From UHGV virus genome UHGV-0153024: a stretch of 38,923 nucleotides of DNA. One strand, given 5' to 3'. How positions within the stretch are numbered: the first letter of the stretch is position 1; each line of letters starts with the position of its first letter. The position numbers were made by a program, and so were the translations under genes. The notes beneath the pieces are model-generated. The model searched no databases. It was not told the DNA's origin and was given only the letters and a program-made list of their open reading frames with translations. This document shows positions 8,198 through 17,364 of the stretch, one piece after another. This DNA is from a virus.

Positions 8198-10608
8198 GTC
8201 ATGCCGATATGAGCGACTCTAGCGGCTTTAACGAGGCCGCTGCAGCATTTTCATGGAACGGCCCGAAAAAGGCCATAAACCCTTATCTGGACCCGGCGGA
8301 AGTTGCGCCGGTTTCTGCGCTTTCAAACCTGATCACTCTGTATGCTGCCGATAACGAGCAGGAACAGCTGCGCCGCGAGGAATTGAGTGAACAGGTCTGG
8401 GAGCGTTATTTCTTTAATGAATCCCGTGATCCTGTCCAGCGCGAAATGGAGCAGGATAAGCTCATTAGTCGGGCAAAGCTGGCGCATGAGCAGCAGCGTT
8501 TTAACCCGGACATGGTCATTCTGGCGGACGTCAGCGCCCAGCCCACCCACATCAGCAAGCCGCTGATGCAACGTATCGAATACTTCAGCAGCCTGGGGAG
8601 GCCAAAGGCTTATTCCCGCTATTTGCGTGAGACGATTAAGCCATGTCTGGAGCGACTGGATTGTGTACGCGACAGTCAGCTATCTACTTCTTTCCGTTTT
8701 ATGGCAAGCCATCAAGGGCTGGAGGGCCTGCTGATCCTGCCTGAAATGAGTCAGGATCAGGTGAAACGCCTGTCTACTCTTGTCGCTGCGCATATGAGTA
8801 TGTGTCTTGATGCCGCTTGTGGTGATTTGTACGCCACCGATGATGTTAAGCCAGAAGAAATCCGCAAGACATGGGAAAAGGTGGCAGCAGAAACCCTGCG
8901 ACTGGATGTCATCCCGCCTGCGTTTGAGCAACTCCGCCGGAAAAGAAACCGCCGTAAACCCGTGCCCTATGAACTCATTCCGGGTTCGCTGGCGCGTATG
9001 TTGTGCGCCGATTGGTGGTATCGGAAATTATGGAAGATGCGTTGCGAATGGCGGGAAGAGCAGTTGCGTGCTGTCTGCCTTGTCAGCAAAAAAGCATCTC
9101 CCTATGTCAGCTATGAAGCCGTGTTGCATAAACGTGAGCAGCGCCGTAAGTCGCTGGAGTTTTTCCGTTCTCATGAACTGGTGAACGAAGACGGCGACAC
9201 GCTGGACATGGAGGATGTGGTAAACGCCAGCAGCAGCAACCCTGCGCATCGCCGCAATGAGATGATGGCCTGTGTTAAAGGTCTGGAGCTTATCGCGGAA
9301 ATGCGCGGTGACTGCGCCGTTTTCTACACCATCACCTGTCCGTCACGTTTCCATTCCACGCTAAATAACGGCAGGCCCAACCCGACCTGGACAAATGCGA
9401 CGGTAAGACAAAGCAGCGATTATCTGGTCGGTATGTTTGCTGCATTTCGTAAGGCGATGCACAAAGCCGGGTTGCGCTGGTATGGCGTGCGGGTGGCTGA
9501 GCCGCATCACGACGGCACAGTTCACTGGCACCTGTTGTGTTTCATGCGCAAAAAAGACCGCCGCGCCATTACTGCATTGTTGCGTAAGTTTGCTATCCGT
9601 GAAGACCGCGAGGAGCTGGGCAATAACACGGGGCCGCGCTTTAAGTCTGAGCTGATTAACCCGCGCAAAGGAACGCCGACAAGCTACATAGCGAAATACA
9701 TCAGTAAGAACATTGACGGGCGTGGTCTGGCTGGCGAGATCAGCAAGGAAACGGGTAAATCTCTGCGTGATAACGCTGAATACGTGAACGCCTGGGCGTC
9801 TTTGCATCGTGTTCAGCAATTCCGCTTCTTTGGCATTCCGGGGCGTCAGGCTTACCGTGAACTGCGATTGCTGGCTGGTCAGGCGTCAAGGCAACAGGGG
9901 GACAAAAAAGCAGGTGCGCCGGTACTGGATAACCCGCGCCTTGATGCCATCTTGGCTGCTGCTGATGCTGGTTGTTTTGCCACCTACATCATGAAGCAGG
10001 GCGGCGTACTGGTTCCCCGTAAATATCACCTCATCAGAACCGCTTATGAAATCAACGAAGAGCCGACCGCCTATGGCGATCACGGCATTCGTATTTATGG
10101 CATCTGGTCACCCATTGCAGAGGGCAAGATCTGCACTCATGCAGTGAAGTGGAAAATGGTTCGTAAAGCCGTTGACGTTCAGGAGGCGGCAGCCGACCAG
10201 GGCGCTTGCGCCCCTTGGACTCGTGGCAATAACTGTCCCCTTGCTGAAAATTTGAACCAACAGGAGAAAGATAAATCAGCTGATGGGGACCCCAGAACGG
10301 ACATTACCAGCATGGATGACAAGGAGTTGCACGATTACCTGCACAGTATGAACAAAAAAGAGCGCCGGGAACTGGCTGCAAGGTTACGCCTGGTGAAACC
10401 GAAACGGCGTAAAGACTACAAACAGCGAATTACAGACCATCAGCGACTGCAGCTCGTCTATGAGCTGAAGTCCAGAGGATTTGATGGTAGCGAGAAAGAG
10501 GTCGATTTACTCCTTCGCGGCGGCAGTATTCCGTCAGGAGCAGGCTTGCGTATCTTCTATCGGAACCAGTGTTTGCGGGAAGATGATAAGTGGCGGAACC
10601 TGTATTAA
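8194..10608 (+). CDS. A: Replication initiation protein A (rolling-circle endonuclease, P2 gpA-like)
   Basis: 804 aa; HUH-type motif ([12 protein letters not shown]); position after the early region as in P2. Confidence 0.9.
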   Translation: MSHADMSDSSGFNEAAAAFSWNGPKKAINPYLDPAEVAPVSALSNLITLYAADNEQEQLRREELSEQVWERYFFNESRDPVQREMEQDKLISRAKLAHEQQRFNPDMVILADVSAQPTHISKPLMQRIEYFSSLGRPKAYSRYLRETIKPCLERLDCVRDSQLSTSFRFMASHQGLEGLLILPEMSQDQVKRLSTLVAAHMSMCLDAACGDLYATDDVKPEEIRKTWEKVAAETLRLDVIPPAFEQLRRKRNRRKPVPYELIPGSLARMLCADWWYRKLWKMRCEWREEQLRAVCLVSKKASPYVSYEAVLHKREQRRKSLEFFRSHELVNEDGDTLDMEDVVNASSSNPAHRRNEMMACVKGLELIAEMRGDCAVFYTITCPSRFHSTLNNGRPNPTWTNATVRQSSDYLVGMFAAFRKAMHKAGLRWYGVRVAEPHHDGTVHWHLLCFMRKKDRRAITALLRKFAIREDREELGNNTGPRFKSELINPRKGTPTSYIAKYISKNIDGRGLAGEISKETGKSLRDNAEYVNAWASLHRVQQFRFFGIPGRQAYRELRLLAGQASRQQGDKKAGAPVLDNPRLDAILAAADAGCFATYIMKQGGVLVPRKYHLIRTAYEINEEPTAYGDHGIRIYGIWSPIAEGKICTHAVKWKMVRKAVDVQEAAADQGACAPWTRGNNCPLAENLNQQEKDKSADGDPRTDITSMDDKELHDYLHSMNKKERRELAARLRLVKPKRRKDYKQRITDHQRLQLVYELKSRGFDGSEKEVDLLLRGGSIPSGAGLRIFYRNQCLREDDKWRNLY

Positions 10609-10700
10609 TTACGCGGATTAACAATTCGTGCTCTTAATAATACCAGGCATATCAGGCTGATGAACGTAAAAAAACGTTTTACATCAGTAAGATTATTATA

Positions 10701-10720
10701 TACTGTAAATATAAACAGTG
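10701..10720. promoter_or_regulatory. LexA (SOS) box TACTGTAAATATAAACAGTG
   Basis: Fits the CTGT-N8-ACAG consensus (CTGT 10703-10706, ACAG 10715-10718); about 45 nt upstream of the small ORF that precedes the DinI-like gene. Confidence 0.6.
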
Positions 10721-10761
10721 GTTATACATACAGCATTTCTTGTGGTGTCATAGGAGGAAAG

Positions 10762-10950
10762 ATGCAGGACTATTTTTTGGAGTCTTTGAAGCTCCAGCGC
10801 ATTGATTTTTTTCTTAAGCTTGTAGCGGCTAGTGAGTGTAGTGATGAAGAGAAGGGGCTGGCTCTGCAGTGGGTTTCTGAACTAACAGATGAACTCATGG
10901 CAAAAATCAGAACCCACGAATACAACCGCTCAATGGATGTCATCAGCTGA
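10762..10950 (+). CDS. Small SOS-regulated protein (62 aa), candidate Tum-like antirepressor
   Basis: Strong RBS (AGGAGG) 6 nt before the ATG; immediately downstream of the LexA box; context resembles the 186 tum operon. Confidence 0.5.
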   Translation: MQDYFLESLKLQRIDFFLKLVAASECSDEEKGLALQWVSELTDELMAKIRTHEYNRSMDVIS

Positions 10951-10960
10951 GGTGACTTTT

Positions 10961-11194
10961 ATGCGCATTGAAATAATGATCGATAAAGAGCAGAAGATTA
11001 GCCAGTCTACCCTGGACGCCCTTGAATCCGAGCTTTACCGCAATCTGTGCCCCCTGTATCCCAAAACGGTAATTCGCATTCGCAAAGGTAGCTCTAACGG
11101 TGTGGAACTAACCGGACTGCAACTGGACGAAGAAAGGAAGCAAGTGATGAAAATTATGCAGAAGGTGTGGGAAGACGACAGCTGGCTGCATTAA
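10961..11194 (+). CDS. DinI-family protein
   Basis: 77 aa, MRIEIMIDKEQ...ELYRNLCPLYP...KIMQKVWEDDSWL, resembling DinI (MRIEVTIAK...ETWESADDWF) from memory; RBS GAGGTGA. Confidence 0.7.
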   Translation: MRIEIMIDKEQKISQSTLDALESELYRNLCPLYPKTVIRIRKGSSNGVELTGLQLDEERKQVMKIMQKVWEDDSWLH

Positions 11195-11481
11195 GAAACG
11201 TTGCCCCCAAGAGGATTCATTCTGATGGGGGACTATTTTGGGCAACGAGTGAAACGAGGCGTTAGGTGGACGGCCATTTTGATAAGTGATCGTCCGCTTT
11301 TTGTTCTGAGTTCAAGCGATGGATTTAACACACTGGTTGAAGCAGAAGTATCTAAGTTCAATTTATATTATTTGAAGGGCACTGGTCTGATGTAGTACGA
11401 TTTTTGCCGGAGATGGCATGTTCTATATTGATCTCATCCATATAATGATTGGTATTATTAGCTTAGTTTAAAGAGGATTGA

Positions 11482-13059
11482 ATGGATATCAACTATGTTG
11501 TTTCAAAAATGGGGTTCGTAGATGATCTTATTAATGCAGGTTCATTTGATTCTGCCTATAAAAATGTAAAGGATATTCTTAACGGTATCGATGAGATAAA
11601 TACAATCAAAGAAAATAGAATAATTATATTATCTAATTTGGCCGGAAATCTTATTGATATCGGAAATTTTAGTAATGTAAAAAATATAGCGGAGGAAGGC
11701 TTAAATATCTTTATAAACAATAAAAATGAATTTCTGACTATAATGAAAGAATCTTTATATTACTATAACTTGGCAAATGGAATGAGCGCAGTTCTTGATT
11801 TTAATCCTAATGACAATGCAGATATTGATAGTTTCATTAAGCTGAATGATGTAAAAAATAATTACTGGAAAGCGTTTAAACTTTCACAAGAAGATGGATG
11901 GGTGCCCCCTGATTTAATAGTTAATCTAGCTAATGTATTAAAAAAACAATATCGTATATCTGAATCAATGGATTATTATGAACAAGCAATATCTATTGAT
12001 AACTCAATTCCTCAGGCGTGGGTAAACAGATCTGAGGCATTAGAATTGCTTAATGAATTATCTACAACATATACATATAAAATGATTAAAGAAGTTATTC
12101 GAGGTTATGAGTGTGCAATAAAGTCAGGGAAATGTTTTCCTTCATGGAAGATTGCTCTTCAAAGAAAAATAAAGTACAACGAAAGTATATTGAGTGAATC
12201 ATGTGTATATGGCATAGAGGATATAAGTACAGATGAAAGGCTCACGCAGGAGGAGTATGATACTTTATCAAACTACCAGAGGTTTTGTATAGATAATAAT
12301 CTAATGTTGTCTGATCATTCGCTATATTGCAATTGTTATGCGTCATCTAAAGATAATATAACTATTGCGACCACCGAGGAAGGTGTGTTTGGTGATTTTA
12401 TAGTGCCAATGGAAATGGTGTTAAATAGACTTAAAGCTGAGTATTCCTTAGCACGAAAAATGTTTTTTGAATATAAGGTTGATAGTGAGTTTTTTGATGA
12501 GGATTCGGAGGTATGTTATTCTGAATTGTATAATGGAGAAATATTGTATGAAAATGTTGAGAAGTTAAGGGTTGCATTTAGAGCTTGCTTTGGTATCTTG
12601 GATAAAATAGCAGTTGCTCTGTGTCAATTATTTGATTTAAAACCAGATAGAGGACATATATACTTTCATAACTTCTGGCGGATTAGTGATGAAAAAAGAA
12701 AGCTTAAAATAAACAAAATAAATAATAAAGGATTGCTGGGTTTGTTTAGTATTGCTATGGATTTGAATGATAAAAATGGTGAGCTTGCTTTTTTTAAAGA
12801 ATGGAGGAATGATTTAGAACATAAACTGTTAGTTATTCACGAGAAAGACATGTTAGTTGATTTATATAATTCTTATGGATTTTTTGATGAGATGAGGTTT
12901 ATTGAGAAAGAAAAGTTTGAGAAACAGCTCTTACAACTCATGAAAATTGTGAGATCAGCCGTTATTCTTTTTGTGTTTACCATACGTATAGAGGGGAAAA
13001 AAAGTATTCCTAAAGATATGTTGACCATTAAAAATACCATCGAGAGAAAAGTATTGTAG
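11482..13059 (+). CDS. Orphan 525-aa protein with N-terminal TPR-like repeats and C-terminal HEPN-like Rx4H motif; candidate anti-phage defence gene
   Basis: AT-rich island in the A-cos hotspot; TATAAT at 11441-11446; RBS AGAGGA 5 nt before the ATG; helical-repeat N-terminus (YYEQAISIDNSIPQAWVNRSEALELL); motif W-R-N-D-L-E-H at codons 441-447 (nt 12802-12822); own terminator. Confidence 0.8.
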   Translation: MDINYVVSKMGFVDDLINAGSFDSAYKNVKDILNGIDEINTIKENRIIILSNLAGNLIDIGNFSNVKNIAEEGLNIFINNKNEFLTIMKESLYYYNLANGMSAVLDFNPNDNADIDSFIKLNDVKNNYWKAFKLSQEDGWVPPDLIVNLANVLKKQYRISESMDYYEQAISIDNSIPQAWVNRSEALELLNELSTTYTYKMIKEVIRGYECAIKSGKCFPSWKIALQRKIKYNESILSESCVYGIEDISTDERLTQEEYDTLSNYQRFCIDNNLMLSDHSLYCNCYASSKDNITIATTEEGVFGDFIVPMEMVLNRLKAEYSLARKMFFEYKVDSEFFDEDSEVCYSELYNGEILYENVEKLRVAFRACFGILDKIAVALCQLFDLKPDRGHIYFHNFWRISDEKRKLKINKINNKGLLGLFSIAMDLNDKNGELAFFKEWRNDLEHKLLVIHEKDMLVDLYNSYGFFDEMRFIEKEKFEKQLLQLMKIVRSAVILFVFTIRIEGKKSIPKDMLTIKNTIERKVL

Positions 13060-13063
13060 TATA

Positions 13064-13098
13064 GTTTCATCGAGCGATGAAACGGTCTGTTTTTCTTT
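13064..13098 (+). terminator. Rho-independent terminator of the 525-aa gene
   Basis: Perfect 9-bp stem GTTTCATCG/CGATGAAAC with 2-nt loop (13064-13083) followed by a T-rich run (13090-13098), 5 nt after the stop codon. Confidence 0.6.
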
Positions 13099-13381
13099 AT
13101 AGTTTTGTCATAAAAAAGAGATTTCCTGCTTAAAATTTGGCTATTACAGAGCAACTATGTATGTTCCTCGCTCACAGTAGAGCTTCATCTTTGTAAGTCT
13201 GTATGTTTCGTTTTTCAAGTGGTCATTCAGATACGGACTTTCACTTCTCTTAGACAGTGCATGACTATGCTGCATGAAATCGCATGATCGTTTAAGGATC
13301 GTTTTTGCTAAGGCTCGCCAGAACTAGCGGGCTTTTACGTAGAACATGCAGGTGCATGAAAACCACTACATAAAGCGGGCA

Positions 13382-13400
13382 GGCGTGGCGGGGATACGAG
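13382..13400. other. Candidate cos site (GGCGTGGCGGGGATACGAG)
   Basis: GC-rich 19-mer between the hotspot and portal gene Q, where P2/186 cos lies; first 13 nt match my recollection of the 186 cohesive end (GGCGTGGCGGGGA...). Recollection-based. Confidence 0.35.
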
Positions 13401-13485
13401 CGCGCGCAACGGGGTAAAATGGCCAAAATCCGGCGCAGCCTCTGGCCCGCTGGCAGCCTCATTTTGCGTAGGGGGAAAATGTCAG

Positions 13486-13524
13486 GACAAAAAGAAACGC
13501 CCCGCAGAATGCTGCTGGGGCGTT
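13486..13524 (-). terminator. Rho-independent terminator downstream of Q (minus strand)
   Basis: Stem AACGCCCC/GGGGCGTT (13496-13503 / 13517-13524), followed on the minus strand by TTCTTTTTGT. Confidence 0.5.
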
Positions 13525-13559
13525 GTGAGAATTGGTCAGTTATTGATGTTGTGAGTATG

Positions 13560-14609
13560 TCAGCCTCGTTTGCTCTTAAGTCCTAAGTCATAGGTTTCAA
13601 AACGGATCACCTCTTCACCCAGCCAGTTGTTAAGCTCCTGCAGTCGCTTTTGCAGTGGCATCAGCTCATTGCGGACGAAAACACGGCTCGCCTTTTCCAC
13701 ATCACCGAAGCCGCCAGTGTTGTTGGGAATGATACCCATCATTTGCGGCGGTACGCGGTGTGCCGCCATCATGTCGTCCCGACTCACGTTCTTGATGTTC
13801 AGAAATTCATCCTTCGCCGCGACTTCCGACAACGGGATGATCTGAAGCCCGTCCTTTTTGCCGTTAGGCGAGTACATAAACAGGTTACGGAAGTTACCAG
13901 GACCTTTGGCACTTTTCATTGCGTTGCGGAGGTTGTTCACATCCTCCTGGTTCTGCGCGGCGTCGGTCATGTACATGATGAAGCCCGCATGGCTGCCGTT
14001 AATGTAATACTTCCGGCGGAACAGCGTGGCGGACTCGTTGAGCAGGGCGGATGGAATGGCAGAAAGGTAACCTGGCAGACCATAAATCTCCTGGTTGATA
14101 TCCGGCTCCATCAGGTGGAAGACGTTACCTTTTGTGAACTGATACGGCTGTGTCGTCAGGCTGTATTGCACAAACCAGTATGTTTCAAGGTCAAGCCCGC
14201 GCCGGGTGTATTTTGCCAGTGCAGGCTCCAGCGAAATAACTTCACCGAAACGGTTCGTGCGCTTCTCCAGGTAGCCGTTACCAAAAACCAGATAGTCCTG
14301 CACAAAACGGGTAAATGCCTGCTGACTGAGAAGACGATGCGGAATATAGGTACTGCTGATAATGTCACGCTTAACACTGATGGGGGAGCTGTGATGCACA
14401 GCGGCGCGGAAGGTGCGCGCCAGTCCGTCAAAGCTGACGGGCGGCTCATACCAGCGATCTGTCTGTACGCATTCCACATAGTCCAGCAGTTCGCGGCGGT
14501 CAAGTACTGGAACGGGATCACCGAAGCTGAATGCTTCGGCTGAAGTCTGGCTTTTATGCTGAATCTGGTTCGTCGACGCAGCGCGGTTCTTCTTACTCTT
14601 TCCCATCAA
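13560..14609 (-). CDS. Q: Portal protein (P2 gpQ-like)
   Basis: 349 aa; position and orientation as P2 Q, divergent from O; overlaps P by 4 nt. Confidence 0.85.
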   Translation of the reverse strand: MMGKSKKNRAASTNQIQHKSQTSAEAFSFGDPVPVLDRRELLDYVECVQTDRWYEPPVSFDGLARTFRAAVHHSSPISVKRDIISSTYIPHRLLSQQAFTRFVQDYLVFGNGYLEKRTNRFGEVISLEPALAKYTRRGLDLETYWFVQYSLTTQPYQFTKGNVFHLMEPDINQEIYGLPGYLSAIPSALLNESATLFRRKYYINGSHAGFIMYMTDAAQNQEDVNNLRNAMKSAKGPGNFRNLFMYSPNGKKDGLQIIPLSEVAAKDEFLNIKNVSRDDMMAAHRVPPQMMGIIPNNTGGFGDVEKASRVFVRNELMPLQKRLQELNNWLGEEVIRFETYDLGLKSKRG

Positions 14610-16372
14610 AAAATCTCCACAATATTGCTGGTATTGGCGGACTCGCCCTGCAGCGGTTCGTTGAACAGTGCGTGCATTGTTGCCCAGGCCAGATCGGCGT
14701 GGCTGGCTTCTTCGCTGCGGCTGGCTTCATAGGTCGGGCGGTTGCCGCTGGCGGTGGTTGCGCGACGGATTGCCATGAATGACTGCGCAATGTCGGTGTG
14801 TCCGGCGTCAAACTCCAGACGGCGGTGGCTGATAATGTCGTAGGCCTTGAGTACCAGGGCATTTTTAACATTGGGGTTATAGACAAACTCCCGGACGGCA
14901 GGAAAGAACGCTTTCACGTTCTCATAAACCCCGTGACCAACGCCGGTCGAGTCGATACCGATATACGTAACGTTGTACTGTTCGGTGAGTTTTTTGATGG
15001 CGTCAGCCTGGGCGCGGAAGTCCATCCCGCGCCACTGGTGACGCTCAAGAATGCGGAACTTACCACCCGGCACGGCTGGCGGAGCCACCACCACGCATCC
15101 GGCACTATCGCCGTTCTGCGTACCTTTTGCCGGGTCATAACCGATCCACACTTCGCGCCAGCCAAACGGGCGCAGCGCCAGTGCATGAAAGTCGGTCCAG
15201 ACTTCCCAGCTGTCCACCATGCACGCCTGCAGCTCGCTGAGCGGGAACACGGATGCGAGATCGTCCACGAACTCACACATCAGCAGGTTCTGGTATTCGT
15301 CCGGGCTGTACTCCATGCGCAACTGGTCGAGGTCGAACAGGTTACAGCCGCCGCGCACCGCATCTTCCACGGTGACTATCTGGCGGTATTGCCCGTCTGC
15401 GCACAGCAGGCCGGGGGCCAGATTGCTGTGGGACAGGTCGATGTCCACCTTGTCAGCTTTGTTGCGCCCACGGTTGAACAGCGCACCGGACCAGAACGGA
15501 TAAGCACTGTGGGTCAGACTGGATGGTGTGGAAAAATAGGTCTGCCGCCATTTCTTGTGAATAGCCATACCGGAAGCCACTTTGCGTAGCTCCTGAAATT
15601 TCGGTATCCAGAAATATTCATCCAGATACAGGTTGCCGTGATAACTCTGGGCCGTGCGGGCATTGGTGCCGAGGAAGTAAAGCGTGGCCCCGTTAGGAAG
15701 CACCATCGGATCGCCTTTCAGCTCCACCTCCACTTCTTTGGCGAAGTCGATGATGTACTGCTTAAAGACGTGGGCCTGTGCCTTACTGGCGGAAAGGAAA
15801 ATCTGGTTACGCCCGGTAAGCAGGGCGTCAATCAGGGCTTCACGGGCAAAGTAAAAGGTCGCGCCGATCTGGCGTGACTTCAGCAGGTTGCGGATGCGGT
15901 TGGTTTTTCCGGCTTCCCACCAGTGGCGCTGGTAGTTGAACATGGAGGAATGGAAGATTTCTTCCAGCTTCTCAATCTGTTCATCGGTGAAAACATTCTT
16001 TTCCGGCTGACGGCGCGGGCCTTTGTTGCGGTTGGCGACGTTTGGGTTTAAGTCGGCTTCGTTGCCGCCATTGTTAAACTTGCCGATCCGCGCGTGGCGT
16101 TCCGACTGGCGCGCCAGCAGGTCAATCTCTTTGAAATCTTTCCCTTCTTTGTGCTCCTTCATAATGAGCTGGCAGTAGCGTGCGGCGGTGGTGAGCTGCA
16201 TCTGATCCAGCGGCCCATAGTCACCCCACTTGTCGCGTTTTTTCCAGCTGTGAACGGTTGCAACTTTCTCGCCCAGCATTTCAGCAATGCGGGCTACGCG
16301 GTATCCCTGAAAGTACAGCAGCATGGCCTGCCGACGGGGATCGAGATCTGCGGGTGTCAGTGTGGTGTTCAT
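14606..16372 (-). CDS. P: Terminase large subunit (ATPase; P2 gpP-like)
   Basis: 588 aa (P2 gpP about 590 aa); upstream of Q on the same strand. Confidence 0.9.
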   Translation of the reverse strand: MNTTLTPADLDPRRQAMLLYFQGYRVARIAEMLGEKVATVHSWKKRDKWGDYGPLDQMQLTTAARYCQLIMKEHKEGKDFKEIDLLARQSERHARIGKFNNGGNEADLNPNVANRNKGPRRQPEKNVFTDEQIEKLEEIFHSSMFNYQRHWWEAGKTNRIRNLLKSRQIGATFYFAREALIDALLTGRNQIFLSASKAQAHVFKQYIIDFAKEVEVELKGDPMVLPNGATLYFLGTNARTAQSYHGNLYLDEYFWIPKFQELRKVASGMAIHKKWRQTYFSTPSSLTHSAYPFWSGALFNRGRNKADKVDIDLSHSNLAPGLLCADGQYRQIVTVEDAVRGGCNLFDLDQLRMEYSPDEYQNLLMCEFVDDLASVFPLSELQACMVDSWEVWTDFHALALRPFGWREVWIGYDPAKGTQNGDSAGCVVVAPPAVPGGKFRILERHQWRGMDFRAQADAIKKLTEQYNVTYIGIDSTGVGHGVYENVKAFFPAVREFVYNPNVKNALVLKAYDIISHRRLEFDAGHTDIAQSFMAIRRATTASGNRPTYEASRSEEASHADLAWATMHALFNEPLQGESANTSNIVEIF

Positions 16373-16417
16373 GGCACAAACCTACAGCCTTGAATGAAGG
16401 CTTTCCCCGCCTGCGGT

Positions 16418-16437
16418 TTGTGTGGTTGTCGGTACAA
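16418..16437. promoter_or_regulatory. Late-promoter activator dyad TGT-N12-ACA (TTGTGTGGTTGTCGGTACAA) in the divergent P/O region
   Basis: TGT at 16419-16421, ACA at 16434-16436; shares TTGTGTG...GGTACAA with the site upstream of FI; P2 late promoters carry TGT-N12-ACA Ogr sites. Confidence 0.45.
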
Positions 16438-16514
16438 ATACCGCGCATTGTTTCACTGCCCCCATCACCGCAACCATAAGGCTCCAGTAAGTTTTTTCTA
16501 ACGGAGCACGGCTC

Positions 16515-17348
16515 ATGACAGTGAAAGCAAAGCGTTTTCGCATCGGGGTGGAAGGTGCCACCACCGACGGACGCGAAATCCAGCGTGAATGGCTGGAACA
16601 GATGGCAGCCAGCTACAACCCGGCGGTGTATACCGCGCTGATTAACCTTGAGCACATCAAGTCTTATCTGCCGGACAGCACTTTTAACCGCTACGGCAAG
16701 GTGACGGCGCTGTTTGCTGAAGAAATCACGGAAGGTCCGCTGGCAGGCAAGATGGCACTGTATGCCGACGTTGAGCCAACGGAGTCCCTGGTGGAACTGG
16801 TGAAAAAAGGCCAGAAATTATTCACCTCTATGGAAGTCAGCCCTAAGTTCGCTGATACGGGCAAAGCCTACCTGGTTGGACTGGCCGCCACTGATGATCC
16901 AGCCAGTCTGGGTACGGAAATGCTGACATTCAGCGCCAGTGCAGCCCATAACCCGCTGGCAAACCGCAAGCAGAATCCCGCGAATCTTTTTACCGCTGCA
17001 GAGGAAACAGTGATCGAACTGGAAGAAGTCCAGGACGAAAAACCATCCCTGTTTGCCCGTGTCACGGCGCTGTTCACCAAAAAAGAGCAGTCCGATGATG
17101 CCCGGTTCTCTGATGTGCATAAGGCCGTGGAGCTGGTCGCCACTGAGCAGCAAAACCTGAGTGCGTGCACCGAAAAATCCCTGTCTGAACAGGAAGAACG
17201 CCTGTCTGAGCTGGAGACAGCCCTGCAGGCACAGTTGACCGCCTTTAACGAACTGGTGGACAAGCTGAGCCATGAAGACAGCCGCCAGGACTACCGCCAG
17301 CGTGCAACAGGCGGTAACGCCCCCGCTGACACTCTGACCAATTGCTGA
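16515..17348 (+). CDS. O: Capsid scaffolding protein (P2 gpO-like)
   Basis: 277 aa; first gene of the rightward capsid operon. Confidence 0.85.
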   Translation: MTVKAKRFRIGVEGATTDGREIQREWLEQMAASYNPAVYTALINLEHIKSYLPDSTFNRYGKVTALFAEEITEGPLAGKMALYADVEPTESLVELVKKGQKLFTSMEVSPKFADTGKAYLVGLAATDDPASLGTEMLTFSASAAHNPLANRKQNPANLFTAAEETVIELEEVQDEKPSLFARVTALFTKKEQSDDARFSDVHKAVELVATEQQNLSACTEKSLSEQEERLSELETALQAQLTAFNELVDKLSHEDSRQDYRQRATGGNAPADTLTNC

Positions 17349-17364
17349 TGGAGCACAAAACCTG

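Noticed and set aside
11201-11395. 64-aa ORF between the DinI-like gene and the hotspot gene
   Set aside because: Begins with TTG, has no convincing RBS, and overlaps the likely terminator/promoter region of the hotspot gene; probably non-coding.
13650-14543. 297-aa plus-strand ORF (with nested 13627..13845 and minus-strand 14156..14521 ORFs) inside the portal gene Q
   Set aside because: Antisense to or out of frame with a well-supported P2-like structural gene; GC-rich DNA yields long spurious ORFs; no RBS or recognisable domain.
14798-15589. 263-aa plus-strand ORF and neighbouring ORFs antisense to terminase gene P
   Set aside because: Entirely embedded antisense within the conserved terminase large subunit; Arg/His-rich low-complexity translation typical of non-coding frames.
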